Source: an uncultured Alphaproteobacteria bacterium
GTDB lineage: Bacteria; Pseudomonadota; Alphaproteobacteria; Rhizobiales; Rhodomicrobiaceae
Assembly: GCA_963727795.1 (NCBI GenBank)
Contig: CAVSHC010000011.1
Location: 903 to 64,902 of the forward strand
DNA: 64,000 bases
Reading direction: 5' to 3'
Shown here: piece after piece, positions 27,904-38,615 of the stretch
Layout of the letters: every line of letters begins with the position of its first letter
Position numbering within the stretch: the stretch's first letter is position 1
Translations under genes and position numbers: made by a program
Notes under the pieces: generated by a model
What the model saw: the letters and a program-made list of their open reading frames with translations, nothing else
Told to the model about the DNA's origin: nothing
The model's database searches: none

Positions 27904-29154
27904 AAGCCTCGAAACCACGCCTTCTATTCCCAGAAAGAACATGCCCGTTCCGCCCACGAGCAGATGGGAAGCCGTCGCCGCGAGAAGCGAGTTCGTGCGG
28001 GCGAATATCCAGCCCCAAAGCATGCCGGGGAGGAAGGCTGCGATGGCGAAGGCGAGGCTGATATGCGCATGCGCGGCGGCGAAGACCAGATTCGAGGCGA
28101 GGATCGACACCCACCGGCGCTTCATTTCGCTGCCATGCAGGAAGGCGTAAAGCGGCGCCTGGATGCCCGAGCGCGCCACGAACTCCTGCATGGGCGTCAG
28201 CAGAAGATAGACCGCGAGCGCCACCCAATACCATGCCGTCATCGGGACAGGATGTCCGCTCACCTCGACATCGGCGCTGTCGATCAGCGGAACGTCCGCG
28301 AAACTCTGGGAGGTGTTGATCAAGATCCACTTCCCGGCGACGAACAGCAGGAGAAAAAATACCGACGCCTGGAGCGAAAAAGCCAGCGCAGGACGCCAGT
28401 TGTCGAAGCGCAAGCCGAAGAACCTTAGCGGGAATCCGCTCGTTGCGATAATGGGAACGAAGCAGAGGCCGAAGAGGAGGATCACGATCGGGGTAAGAAC
28501 GAAATTCGCATGCGCGAGGCTCTTGAAGTTCGGCAGGAAGCTGAGCGTCAGCGTGTAGAAGGACAACAGGCAAAGCGTGGCGACAACGATGTGCCCGACG
28601 CCGTTGCGATAGGCGGCGAATTCATTTTCGAGCTGGAGGCTGTTGACCCGAAGCGCCACGAACTCATCGGCGTGTTTCGTGAGATAATGCCGGAGCTTGT
28701 TTGCGACGACATCGTGCAGCCGCCTCGTCGCGCTTCTCATGCGCAACGCCCTCAGGTCGACCACGGCAAGAACGGTCTCGGTTTTCGTAACGAAGGATAA
28801 GGCGCTGGGCTTGCCATCGACGAAAGACAACTCGCCGAATATCTCACCCCGCCGGAGCACGCTGAGCTCGTAGGAGGTCGGCTCCTTTTCGAGAGGATGC
28901 AGCCCCTCTTTCGTCAAGGCCACCTGTCCGTCGACGATGATATAAATCTTGCCCGGGTTTCTGGCTCCTTCCTGCAGAACGAAGCAACCCGGCTTGAATT
29001 TTTTGTGTTTTATGTGAGGAAGGACAAGACGTATTTGCTGCCGTGAAAGATTTTCGAACAATGGGTTTTTGGGAATTTCTAGATAACGGCCCCTCGACCG
29101 CACCGGTAAGGTGGGTACGGTTACTGTAGCGAGCGCGTTTGCCAATTCACCCAT
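27895..29154 (-). CDS. Cyclic-nucleotide-binding domain fused to CPBP (Abi/CAAX) intramembrane protease
   Basis: cNMP motif GEIFGELSFVDGKPSALS, then multiple TM helices with PMQEFVARSG, FAAAH and SH motifs. Confidence 0.85.
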   Translation of the reverse strand: MGELANALATVTVPTLPVRSRGRYLEIPKNPLFENLSRQQIRLVLPHIKHKKFKPGCFVLQEGARNPGKIYIIVDGQVALTKEGLHPLEKEPTSYELSVLRRGEIFGELSFVDGKPSALSFVTKTETVLAVVDLRALRMRSATRRLHDVVANKLRHYLTKHADEFVALRVNSLQLENEFAAYRNGVGHIVVATLCLLSFYTLTLSFLPNFKSLAHANFVLTPIVILLFGLCFVPIIATSGFPLRFFGLRFDNWRPALAFSLQASVFFLLLFVAGKWILINTSQSFADVPLIDSADVEVSGHPVPMTAWYWVALAVYLLLTPMQEFVARSGIQAPLYAFLHGSEMKRRWVSILASNLVFAAAHAHISLAFAIAAFLPGMLWGWIFARTNSLLAATASHLLVGGTGMFFLGIEGVVSRLSA

Positions 29155-29901
29155 AAATTCCGATAGCCTATCTCTAGGTTCAGTTTACCTTTTGTCTCTC
29201 CGTATGCACGTAAAACCTTACGGAGGTAAAACGATCCAGTGAGCGTGCCTGCTATGTTCTGATCATAGACACAACTTCTTGAGCGTAGAAGCTAAAACAG
29301 ACTGCGCAATACTGTACGCTGTCACTCTTTGTTTTGCTATCTGAACTGCTTTGGTGTCCCTTCCTGTAATAACGCCGGGCACGGAAGGGTTTATCCTAGC
29401 TGTAGGAAGCCAATTTTAAGTTAGCACAAATAATCTCCAACGCCGCCTGCATCTCCCAAGAAATTAAGTCGTCTTGTAAACGTTCACGTCCGGCTAGAGG
29501 TTGCCGATTTTTTGTGCTCTAAGACTAATAATTCGCTACTCCTATTAGCCTAGCGCCTAATTCGCGTAAGCCTCAAGAACGATTCTCTCAGCCTAAGCAT
29601 CAATGATAGCTGAAGTCTACGCTTTCAGTTGTTTCAAAATCCCGTGAATATAAGACATCGTAAACGGTTGAGCCTCCGTTTTCAACAGGCGGAAAAACCG
29701 TCCGCGGCAAAAAAGGTCCGTGGCGACGCTTTGCTTGCGGGCAGAGCCAGCTAAAACAGCCTTTATTCGGGCGCGAGGCGCCCTGCGACGAATTGAGCAA
29801 CGGGTCGTACTGCGATGGGGGGCCGCAGCCTTTGCGGCGGCGCACCCTTCTCTCCCAGAGGGAGGGGGCCTATGCCGTTCAGGAAGCCGGGCAGGCTTGC
29901 T

Positions 29902-29966
29902 TAGAGTGCGTCCGGAAAAGCGCGAAACGGGTTTCCGATAAGACGCACGATAAAACAAAAACTTAG
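29902..29966 (+). repeat. Repeat family C copy
   Basis: TAGAGTGCGTCCGGAAAAGCGCGAAACGGGTTTCCGATAAGACGCACGATAAAACAAAAACTTAG. Confidence 0.75.
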
Positions 29967-30072
29967 AAAAACCATGCGGCCCATGGTTCGACAAGCTCAC
30001 CATGAGGTCCAAGCTGTTGATGGCTCGGCCTCATCCTGAGCTTGTCGAAGGATGTAGCATGTATTTCCGGCT
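29967..30072 (-). repeat. Repeat family A copy 2 (partial), fused to the family C copy and abutting the thrS stop
   Basis: Reverse-complement match to 4853-4985. Confidence 0.75.
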
Positions 30073-32003
30073 CAGTGTTTTGCGGGAGCAAGATCCGGCG
30101 GCACGGCTTCGGCGTGGACGAGCCTGATCGCGTCGGCGAGCGGCATGCTCTCCTGAGCCGGGCTCCCCAGCCGTCGAATGGAGACAGTCCGATCCTCCGC
30201 CTCGCGTTTGCCCACGACGAACATCACCGGGACCTTGGCAAGGCTGTGCTCGCGCACCTTGTAGTTGATCTTTTCATTGCGCAGATCGGTTTCGGCGCGC
30301 AGGCCCGCGCGCGAACAAGCCGCAAGAACCTGGTCCGCATAATGATCGGCGTCGGAGACGATGGTGGCCACCATCACCTGCACCGGCGACAGCCAGAGCG
30401 GCAGGTGGCCGGCATAGTTCTCGATGAGGATGCCGATGAAGCGCTCCAGGCTGCCGAACATGGCGCGATGGATCATGACCGGGGTATGCTTCGCGCCGTC
30501 CTCGCCGATGTAGAAGGCCCCAAGCCTCTCGGGAAGGTTGAAATCGAGCTGCACCGTGCCGCACTGCCAGTGCCGGCCAATGGCGTCACGGAGCGTGTAT
30601 TCAAGCTTCGGCCCATAGAATGCGCCCTCGCCTGGACTGATCGAGTAGGGATGCCCGATCTGCTCCAACGCCACTTTGAGCGCCGCCTCGGACTTGTCCC
30701 ATATCGCGTCCGAGCCGACGCGCTTATCGGGCCGCGTCGACAGCTTGATGATCACGTCCTCGAAGCCGAAGTCGCGATAGATCGACAGGATCATGTCGTT
30801 CATCTTGATGCACTCCTGGATCATCTGATCCTCGGTGCAGAAGATGTGCGCGTCGTCCTGGGTGAAGTGGCGCACGCGCATGATGCCGTGGAGCGCGCCC
30901 GACGGCTCGTACCGGTGCACCTTGCCGAATTCGGCGATGCGCAACGGCAGGTCGCGATAGCTCTTGAGGCCATTCTTGAAAATCTGGATATGGCCGGGAC
31001 AGTTCATCGGCTTGCAGCAGAACACGCGCTCGTCCGGGGTTTCGGTGACGAACATGTTCTCGCCGAATTTTTCCCAGTGCCCGGACAGCTCCCAGAGCTT
31101 CTTCTCCATCATGTCGGGCGAGTTCACCTCGACATAGCCGTTCGCTTCCTGGCGGCGGCGCATGTAGGAGACCAGCTCGCGGAACAGCGTCCAGCCCTTG
31201 GGATGCCAGAAGACGGAGCCGGGGGCTTCCTCCTGAAGATGAAACAGGTCCATTTCGCGCCCAAGGCGGCGGTGATCGCGCTTCTCGGCCTCTTCAAGCT
31301 GGCGAAGGTGGGCCGCAAGCGCCTCCTCCGTGGCCCAGGCTGTCCCGTAGATGCGCTGCAGCCGCTCCCGGCTCTGATCGCCGCGCCAATAGGAGCCGGC
31401 AAGCCGCATGAGCTTGAAGGCCTTGCCGACCTTGCCGGTGGAGGGCATGTGCGGTCCGCGGCAAAGATCCAGCCATTCGCCTTGGCGGTAGATTTTCAAG
31501 TCCTGGTCTTCAGGAATCGCGTCAATCAGTTCGACCTTAAAGCCCTCGCCGTGCGCCGCGAAAAAGTCCTGAGCCTTGGCCCGCGGCCACACCTCTTTTG
31601 TGAAGGGCCGGTCTTGCGCCACGATGGCCCGCATGCGGTCCTCGATCTTCGCGAGGTCGTCGGGCGTGAAGCTCTCTTCGCGGTGGAAGTCGTAATAGAA
31701 GCCGTTCTCGACCACCGGGCCGATCGTGACCTGCGTCCCCGGATAAAGGTCTTGTACGGCTTCCGCCATCACATGCGCGGCGTCGTGCCGGATGAGTTCC
31801 AGGGCTTCCGGGTCGTCGCGGGTTACGATCTTGACGCGCGCGTTCGAAACGATCGGATCGGCGATGTCCGCAAGCGCGCCGTCGAGGCTGATGGCGACGG
31901 CCTTTTTCGCCAGCGACTTTGAGATGGAGGCTGCGAGTTCGGCGCCGGTGATGCCGGGCTTGAATTGACGGGCGGAACCATCGGGGAAGGTCAAGGTGAT
32001 CAT
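30072..32003 (-). CDS. thrS: Threonine--tRNA ligase
   Basis: TGS domain, [46 protein letters not shown]. Confidence 0.98.
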   Translation of the reverse strand: MITLTFPDGSARQFKPGITGAELAASISKSLAKKAVAISLDGALADIADPIVSNARVKIVTRDDPEALELIRHDAAHVMAEAVQDLYPGTQVTIGPVVENGFYYDFHREESFTPDDLAKIEDRMRAIVAQDRPFTKEVWPRAKAQDFFAAHGEGFKVELIDAIPEDQDLKIYRQGEWLDLCRGPHMPSTGKVGKAFKLMRLAGSYWRGDQSRERLQRIYGTAWATEEALAAHLRQLEEAEKRDHRRLGREMDLFHLQEEAPGSVFWHPKGWTLFRELVSYMRRRQEANGYVEVNSPDMMEKKLWELSGHWEKFGENMFVTETPDERVFCCKPMNCPGHIQIFKNGLKSYRDLPLRIAEFGKVHRYEPSGALHGIMRVRHFTQDDAHIFCTEDQMIQECIKMNDMILSIYRDFGFEDVIIKLSTRPDKRVGSDAIWDKSEAALKVALEQIGHPYSISPGEGAFYGPKLEYTLRDAIGRHWQCGTVQLDFNLPERLGAFYIGEDGAKHTPVMIHRAMFGSLERFIGILIENYAGHLPLWLSPVQVMVATIVSDADHYADQVLAACSRAGLRAETDLRNEKINYKVREHSLAKVPVMFVVGKREAEDRTVSIRRLGSPAQESMPLADAIRLVHAEAVPPDLAPAKH

Positions 32004-32137
32004 AAGGCCTCTCACTCCCGCCTACATGTGCGGGTAAGATGTTGGAGATGCACCCTCTTGGGTTCCCTCGCGCCGAAAGTCAAGGGCGCCGGCGCCGGCG
32101 CTTGAGCGCGAAGCCGCTTTTCGGTGGATCGAATGGG

Positions 32138-32452
32138 CTATGGCCTCTGCTCGCCGGAGCGGGGGTAATAGTGGAGATAGCGCCAGAAAGCCCAGAACGG
32201 AATGTCTTCGCCCCTCAGGTCCGGAGCAGGATCGTAGCCGTGGGTGCCCCAGGGATGGCAGCGGCCGAAGCGGCCAAGCGCGAGCCAGACGCCAATCCAG
32301 GCGCCGTTGAGATCGATGGCGTCGAGGGCATATTGCGAGCAGGTGGGCAGATGACGGCAGCGCGGACCGAGGAGCGGGGAGATCCCGTAGCGATAAATGT
32401 AGACCGGTGACTTGGCGGCCGCCTTCAGCGCCTTGCCGATAGCGTCAGTCAT
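32138..32452 (-). CDS. yidD: Membrane protein insertion efficiency factor YidD
   Basis: [23 protein letters not shown]...[12 protein letters not shown]. Confidence 0.92.
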   Translation of the reverse strand: MTDAIGKALKAAAKSPVYIYRYGISPLLGPRCRHLPTCSQYALDAIDLNGAWIGVWLALGRFGRCHPWGTHGYDPAPDLRGEDIPFWAFWRYLHYYPRSGEQRP

Positions 32453-33908
32453 CGCCGAGCGGGAGAGAGACAAAGCGAACGCCGCCGTCCCGGTCTTGAA
32501 CGGTGAGGAGGGCTTCCGGCCTCGACAGGCGCCGCAACTCCGCGAGCCGGGCCTCAAGGTCCCCGGCGCTGCGCACGCGCTGGTGCGCCGCTTCAACGAT
32601 AAGATCGCCCGCTTGGAGATCGCCAGCCGCTGCGTCCTGGAGCGGGTCTTGCGCGATCAGCGCGCCCTCTGCATCGGCGGCAAGCGAGAAGCGTTCGCGG
32701 TTTTCGTCCGACAGGGGCTCGAAGCTCATCTTACGGCGCCTCGCACGCGCGTTCTGCGCCGCCGCCGGTTCGGGCGCGGGCGTTTCTTCGAGCAGGCCGA
32801 TTTTCACCTTTACTGTCTTTCGCTCGCCGTCGCGAAGGATGATGACGTCGGCATCTTCGCCCACCGGCGATTGCGCCACAAAGCGCGGAAGCTGGCGCGC
32901 ATGCTTGACCTCGGAGCCTCCGAAGGAAAGCACGAGATCGCCTTCCATGAGGCCGGCCGCGTCGGCGGGGCCGCCCTTGTCGATGCGCGCGATGAGGGCG
33001 CCTTCGGGGTTGGCGAGGTGATATCCGCTGGCGAGATCGTCGCTCGGGGTCTGGAGCCGCACGCCGATCCAGCCCCAGTGCGTCTCGCCGTAACGCTTAA
33101 GCTGATCGATAACGCGCTGCACCGTGTTCGACGGGATGGCGAAGCCAAGCCCTATGCTTCCGCCCGACGGGGAGAAGATGGCCGTATTGATGCCGATGAC
33201 TTCCCCGACAGCGTTAAAGAGCGGTCCGCCGGAATTGCCCCGGTTGATGGAGGCGTCGGTCTGCAGGAAATCGTCGTAGGGTCCCGCGTTGATATCCCGG
33301 CCCCTGCCCGACACGATGCCGGCCGTGACTGTGCCGTTCAGGCCGAAGGGATTGCCGATTGCGATGACCCAGTCGCCGACGCGCATCCGCGACGAATCGC
33401 CAAAGGAGACGGAAGTCAGCGGCTTGGGACCCTTGGGGGGCGTAACCTTGAGAAGCGTCACGTCGGTCTTGGGGTCGCGGCCGATAATTTTGTCGACCTT
33501 GAGTTCCGTGCCGTCGGCGAAAATGACGTAGATGGCGTTCCCGCCTTCGATCACATGATTGTTGGTTACAACCAGTCCGCTCGGGTCGATTACGAAGCCT
33601 GAGCCGATGGAAGTAAATTGACGGCCCGGGTCGCCCGGCCCTTTCCTGCGATGATTGGGGCCGAAGTCTTCGAAGGATTGGGAGCCGCCGCGGCCGCGCG
33701 CTATCCGGCGCCGTTCCAGGGCGGATTGCTTGTTGTCGACAACGGCGGAGGCCACGGTGACGACCGAGTTCTTCACCCGGCTTGCGATGTCGGCGAAAGA
33801 CAGATCGGGGCTTGCATCCACGGCATAGGCCTGGGAGACAGCCGCAAAGCTTGCGATTGCAAGCACGGCGGCGCCGATGGTGTGCCGGAAACGGTGGTGC
33901 ATCGTCAT
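32445..33908 (-). CDS. DegP/HtrA (Do) family periplasmic serine protease with PDZ domains
   Basis: Signal peptide, [25 protein letters not shown], two PDZ-like regions. Confidence 0.93.
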   Translation of the reverse strand: MTMHHRFRHTIGAAVLAIASFAAVSQAYAVDASPDLSFADIASRVKNSVVTVASAVVDNKQSALERRRIARGRGGSQSFEDFGPNHRRKGPGDPGRQFTSIGSGFVIDPSGLVVTNNHVIEGGNAIYVIFADGTELKVDKIIGRDPKTDVTLLKVTPPKGPKPLTSVSFGDSSRMRVGDWVIAIGNPFGLNGTVTAGIVSGRGRDINAGPYDDFLQTDASINRGNSGGPLFNAVGEVIGINTAIFSPSGGSIGLGFAIPSNTVQRVIDQLKRYGETHWGWIGVRLQTPSDDLASGYHLANPEGALIARIDKGGPADAAGLMEGDLVLSFGGSEVKHARQLPRFVAQSPVGEDADVIILRDGERKTVKVKIGLLEETPAPEPAAAQNARARRRKMSFEPLSDENRERFSLAADAEGALIAQDPLQDAAAGDLQAGDLIVEAAHQRVRSAGDLEARLAELRRLSRPEALLTVQDRDGGVRFVSLPLGDD

Positions 33909-34062
33909 TGAGGTCTCAGCCAGATCAAGAAATGAACCGCGGATCGTCGCTCTAACGTCTATGAGACATAAGGTGAGGCATAAACGTTGGAAGTGCAATC
34001 TTCCTAATCTGACTGCCCATACCAAATGAAGGTTAACGATCACGCCTCGCCCATCTTAGTAT

Positions 34063-35007
34063 TTAGCGCACCGCCGGAACTGTGGCCGCGGCGCTCGATC
34101 CCTGCTGCGCCGGTTGCGCAGTTTTGACGCCTTCGCCAGCCTTGTTCATCGGCTCGTTGAAATAGCGGAAGAAGTCCGAACTCGGCGAGACCACGATGCG
34201 CGTATGCGGGCCTTTCAGGGCCTCCTCATAGGCCTGCATGGACCGGTAGAACGCGAAGAAATCTTTGTCGCGCCCGAATGCGTCCGCATAGATGCGGTTC
34301 CGCTCCGCGTCGCCATCGCCCCGCATCCGTTCCGAATCGCGGTTGGCGTTCGCGACAAGCACCGTCACTTCCTTGTCCGCCGTCGATTTGATGCGCTGCG
34401 ACTGCTCGCTGCCCTGCGCCCGAAGTTCGGCCGCCTCGCGCTGGCGCTCCGTCTGCATCCGCCGGTAGATGGCCTGGCTGTTCGCCTCGGGCAGGTCGGC
34501 CCGCCTGATGCGAACGTCGAGGATCTCCACCCCAAGATTTTGGACGTCTTCGTTGACGCGCTTGATCGTTTCCTTCATCAGCGCCTCGCGCTTGTTGCGG
34601 ACCAGGTCGATGAAGGTCGCGCGGCCAAGCACGCTGCGGATGGTGGAGTCGACGATGGCGGTGAGCCGCTGGCGGGCGCCGACTTCGCTGCGGAAAGCGC
34701 GATAAAACTGCAGGGGATCGGAAATCCGGTAGCGGGCGAACGCATCGACGATCAGACGCTTTTGATCCGAGGCGATGACTTCCTGCTCGTCGGTCTGCAA
34801 ATCGAGAATGCGGCGGTCGAATTGCTCGACCGTCTGGATGAAGGGCGTGCGCCAGTAAAGGCCCGGCTGGTCGATTGCGCGCACAGGCTCGCCGAACTGC
34901 AGGACCAGCGCCCGGTGCGTCTGATTGACGATGAAGGCCGAAAAACCGACCGCGATCGCCGCCGCCGCCACGAAGACGAGAATAAATCCAATGACGCCCG
35001 CTCTCAT
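34063..35007 (-). CDS. hflC: FtsH modulator HflC
   Basis: SPFH domain, MQTERQREA, FFAFYRSMQAY. Confidence 0.95.
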   Translation of the reverse strand: MRAGVIGFILVFVAAAAIAVGFSAFIVNQTHRALVLQFGEPVRAIDQPGLYWRTPFIQTVEQFDRRILDLQTDEQEVIASDQKRLIVDAFARYRISDPLQFYRAFRSEVGARQRLTAIVDSTIRSVLGRATFIDLVRNKREALMKETIKRVNEDVQNLGVEILDVRIRRADLPEANSQAIYRRMQTERQREAAELRAQGSEQSQRIKSTADKEVTVLVANANRDSERMRGDGDAERNRIYADAFGRDKDFFAFYRSMQAYEEALKGPHTRIVVSPSSDFFRYFNEPMNKAGEGVKTAQPAQQGSSAAATVPAVR

Positions 35008-36125
35008 CGCTGGCCTCCTGACTGTCCCGTATGCTGCAACTCGCCAAGCGGGAGATAGGGAACGACGCCGCTGCCGTTCGTCTTTTCGTCGATTATCAGC
35101 TTGTCCATTCCGCCAAGCACGCGCTCCATGGTCTCCAGATACATCCGGCGGCGCGTGACATCGGGGGCCTTCTGATACTCCTCGTAGACCTTCAAGAAGC
35201 GATCCGTCCGGCCTTTCGCCTCGGCTACGGCCTGCTCACGGTAGCCCTGCGCCGCCTGCAAAATGCGCTGCGCGTCGCCGCGCGCTTCGGGAATGACGCG
35301 GTTGGCGTAGGCTTCGGCCTCATTTCGGGCCCGCTCCTGATCGGCGCGCGCCGCCTGAACGTCCCGGAACGAAGCAATCACCTCGGCTGGCGGGTCCACC
35401 TTCTGCAGAACGACCTGCGTGACGTTGATGCCGGCCTTGTAGCTGTCGAGCGTGCGCTGGATGAGCGCTTTCACCAACTCCTCGATTTCCTGCCTGCTTT
35501 TCGTCAGGATCGGCTGAATTTCGTTCTGTCCGATAACCTCGCGCATGGCGCTTTCGGCGACGGCCTTCACGTTCGAATTCGCGTCGAGGCTGTCGCCCTG
35601 GTTGCGAACGTTGAAAAGGAAGGCGGACGCGTCCTTCACGTTCCAAAACACGCTGAAATTGACATCGACGATGTTTTCATCCCCGGTCAGCATCAGGCTT
35701 TCTTCCGACCGGTTTGGCGCCCGGATCTGACCGAACGGGCCGCTTGCGCCCGAGCTGAAACCGATTTCGATGCGGTTCTGGCGCGTATACGGGATGACGG
35801 TGACTTCCTCGACGGGGTAGGGCCAGCGGAAATTGATGCCGTTGTATAGCTCGCGGTCATAGCGGCCGAAGCGCTGGACCACGCCGCGCTCATCGGGGTT
35901 GATGCGGACGGTGAAGCCGAAATAGCCGACGGCGGCCGCCACAACCAGGAAAATGAGAATGGAGCCGGCTACGCCGATGCCGCCGGGCATAGCTTGACGG
36001 AGCTTGTCCTGGCTGCGTTTGAGGAACTCCTCGAGATCGGGCTGAGGGCCGCCTCCTGCGGGGCCTTGACCCCACGGGCCGCCTGGACCGCCCTTCCAGC
36101 CGCCGTTATTCTGATTCCACGGCAT
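35004..36125 (-). CDS. hflK: FtsH modulator HflK
   Basis: MPWNQN...GPWG...PDLEE, LMLTGDENIV, FRDVQAARAD, YLETME. Confidence 0.95.
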   Translation of the reverse strand: MPWNQNNGGWKGGPGGPWGQGPAGGGPQPDLEEFLKRSQDKLRQAMPGGIGVAGSILIFLVVAAAVGYFGFTVRINPDERGVVQRFGRYDRELYNGINFRWPYPVEEVTVIPYTRQNRIEIGFSSGASGPFGQIRAPNRSEESLMLTGDENIVDVNFSVFWNVKDASAFLFNVRNQGDSLDANSNVKAVAESAMREVIGQNEIQPILTKSRQEIEELVKALIQRTLDSYKAGINVTQVVLQKVDPPAEVIASFRDVQAARADQERARNEAEAYANRVIPEARGDAQRILQAAQGYREQAVAEAKGRTDRFLKVYEEYQKAPDVTRRRMYLETMERVLGGMDKLIIDEKTNGSGVVPYLPLGELQHTGQSGGQR

Positions 36126-36330
36126 TTCGATATTCCTTCGCAATCGGCAGTTGAGCCGCTCTTGGGCTGCCCGCTCGGCTATTCACCAGGTCTATAACAG
36201 GATGTCAATTACGGTTACGATCTGAGGATCTTCGTCTGTCGCAAGCCTTGCGGATCGATCTCAAGATGGCGAATGGCCCCGCTTTTGTGGTGTGCCCGGC
36301 ATATGGACCTGAGGGGCGCCCGCGTCAAGC

Positions 36331-36864
36331 TCAATTCCGGCGCTGCAGAATTACATCGGTGACAGGAAACTCGTCGCGCTCGCTGGCGGGCCGGTCCTGG
36401 CGCGCAACCTCCATCCAACCGCCGCCTTGAGGCGGTTTCCAGCGGACATCGCCATCGGGTCTTGCATGCACTTGTGTCAGATAGATCCGGCTTGCGTGCG
36501 GCAAAGCCTGAGCGAAGAGATCCGCGCCGCCGATCACGAAGGCTTCCTTCACCCCGCGCACACGGGCCTGCTTCCGGGCGAGGGTCAAGGCCGCTTCCAG
36601 CGAAGGCGTCTTGAAAACCCCATCCGCCAGTTCGCCGTCGGCGATTTCGCCCCGCGTCACAACGATGTTGTCCCGGCCGTCGAGCGGCCTCCCGATCGCC
36701 TCGAAGGTTTTCCGGCCCATGATGAGCGGGTGGCCCATGGTGAGCTTGCGGAAGCGGCGCAAATCGCTGCCGAGCCGCCAGGGCAGCTTGCCCTCGCGCC
36801 CGATCACGCCGTTTTCCGCGGCCGCCACGATCAGAGAGACTCTGAACTCGTCAGGTCCGGTCAA
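36331..36864 (-). CDS. folA: Dihydrofolate reductase
   Basis: [32 protein letters not shown]. Confidence 0.95.
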   Translation of the reverse strand: MTGPDEFRVSLIVAAAENGVIGREGKLPWRLGSDLRRFRKLTMGHPLIMGRKTFEAIGRPLDGRDNIVVTRGEIADGELADGVFKTPSLEAALTLARKQARVRGVKEAFVIGGADLFAQALPHASRIYLTQVHARPDGDVRWKPPQGGGWMEVARQDRPASERDEFPVTDVILQRRN

Positions 36865-37655
36865 ACGGCGACAGGCGCCCTTATCGCCGGGTGCGGCTTA
36901 TAGCCGGTGAGGGTGAAGTCGGCGTAGGCAAAGCCAAAAATCGAGCGAACGGCGGGGTTCAGCGTCATCCGCGGAAGCGGCTTCGGTTCGCGGCCAAGCT
37001 GCTGTCCGGCCTGTTCCAGGTGGTTGAGATAGAGATGCACATCCCCGAAAGTGTGAATGAACTCGCCCGGCTGCAAATCTGTCGCCTGCGCCATCATCAT
37101 CGTGAGGAGCGCATAGGAGGCGATGTTGAACGGCACGCCGAGGAACACGTCCGCCGAGCGCTGGTAGAGCTGGCAGGACAGGCGGCCTTCCGCGACGTAG
37201 AACTGGAAAAGGCAATGGCAGGGCGCAAGCGCCATGCGCGGCAGGTCGGCCGGGTTCCAGGCCGTCACGATATGACGCCGCGAGTTCGGGTCCGTCTTGA
37301 GCGCCCGCTCGACCTCGGCGACCTGGTCGATGACGCCGCCGTTTCGCGCCGGCCAGGACCGCCACTGCGCGCCGTAGACAGGGCCCAGATCCCCGTGCTC
37401 GTCCGCCCATTCGTCCCAGATCGAAACGCCGTTCGCCTTCAAGTAGGCGGTGTTCGTGTCGCCGGACAAAAACCACAGAAGCTCATGGACGATGGATTTC
37501 ACATGCAGCTTCTTGGTGGTCAGAAGCGGGAAGCCCTGCGCGAGATCGAACCGCATCTGATGCCCGAAGAGCGAAAGCGTGCCGGTGCCGGTGCGGTCGC
37601 CGCGCTTGACGCCGCGGTCGCGCACCATGCGCAAAAGGTCGAGATAAGTCTGCAT
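36861..37655 (-). CDS. thyA: Thymidylate synthase
   Basis: DRTGTGT, WDEW, LGPVYG, ALAPCH, YQRSAD, PFNIASY. Confidence 0.97.
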   Translation of the reverse strand: MQTYLDLLRMVRDRGVKRGDRTGTGTLSLFGHQMRFDLAQGFPLLTTKKLHVKSIVHELLWFLSGDTNTAYLKANGVSIWDEWADEHGDLGPVYGAQWRSWPARNGGVIDQVAEVERALKTDPNSRRHIVTAWNPADLPRMALAPCHCLFQFYVAEGRLSCQLYQRSADVFLGVPFNIASYALLTMMMAQATDLQPGEFIHTFGDVHLYLNHLEQAGQQLGREPKPLPRMTLNPAVRSIFGFAYADFTLTGYKPHPAIRAPVAV

Positions 37656-37700
37656 GACGCGAAAATACCGCGATTCCCGGCGCTTCCCTTGCCGGAAGCT

Positions 37701-38321
37701 CTATTTCCACTCTTCAATATCGAGATAGGGCTGCTCCGCAAGCGGCTGGATGGTGACGCCTGCCGGGATTGGCGCTTCCTTGCGTTCCTCCTCGGTGCGC
37801 TTGGCGGCTTTCTGCACTTCGGCGTCGAGGTCGATCTGTGAGCACAAGCCCAAGGCGACCGGGTCTTGCGGCTGCAGATTGGCCGAATTCCAATGGGTGC
37901 GCTCGCGAATGGACTCGATGGTCGACTTCGTGGTGCCGACGAGGCGCATGATCTGCGTGTCCCGCAGTTCCCCGTGATGCCGCAGGAGCCAGAGTATCGC
38001 GTTGGGGCGATCCTGGCGGCGCGACACCGGCGTATATTTTGGGGCGCGCTTCGTCTTGATTTCCGGGATGAACACCTTCGAGCGCGAAAGCTTCAGCCTG
38101 TAGGCCGGGTTTTTTTGCGCGCGCGCAATTTCGTCGCGGGTGAGCTGGCCCGACGTGATCGGGTCGGAGCCGCGGATGCCATGCGCAACGTCTCCATCGG
38201 CGATGCCCTTCACTTCAAGCACGTGGAGGCCGCAGAAATCGGCGATCTGTTCGAATGTCAGCGAGGTGTTCTCTACGAGCCAGACGGCGGTCGCCTTTGG
38301 CATCAGGGGTATGTCGCTCAT
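37701..38321 (-). CDS. DUF1013 family protein
   Basis: PLMPKATAVWLVENTSLTFEQIADFCGLH, YTPVSRRQDRP. Confidence 0.9.
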   Translation of the reverse strand: MSDIPLMPKATAVWLVENTSLTFEQIADFCGLHVLEVKGIADGDVAHGIRGSDPITSGQLTRDEIARAQKNPAYRLKLSRSKVFIPEIKTKRAPKYTPVSRRQDRPNAILWLLRHHGELRDTQIMRLVGTTKSTIESIRERTHWNSANLQPQDPVALGLCSQIDLDAEVQKAAKRTEEERKEAPIPAGVTIQPLAEQPYLDIEEWK

Positions 38322-38615
38322 AAATTTCCTCCGGTCCTGGAAGCGATCCCTCTCGGCTTCCTGGGCGTCTTTGTCGATTGTGTGGGGAACGGCAATCGAA
38401 GGGTTACAAACAATATAATGGGTGGTTTTGCTTTCTGCAAATCCTCGATTCCGTGAGAGCGCCGCGCCCCCTTGCGCCGCTGTCCTGTCCGGGGACGCGT
38501 GTGGAAAAGCGGCGCGAAGCGGGCTGTCTCAGGCTGGCGGCGTTGGACAAGCGGCAGCCGCCAAGCTAAGAACCTCGGCCATGAAGTTAATAGTCCTTCG
38601 AATTTCGATGACGCC

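Noticed and set aside
29155-29900. AT-rich gap and short ORFs (29600-29845, 29617-30012, 29720-29941) as genes or a riboswitch
   Set aside because: The ORFs run through repeat elements and no conserved RNA motif was recognisable.
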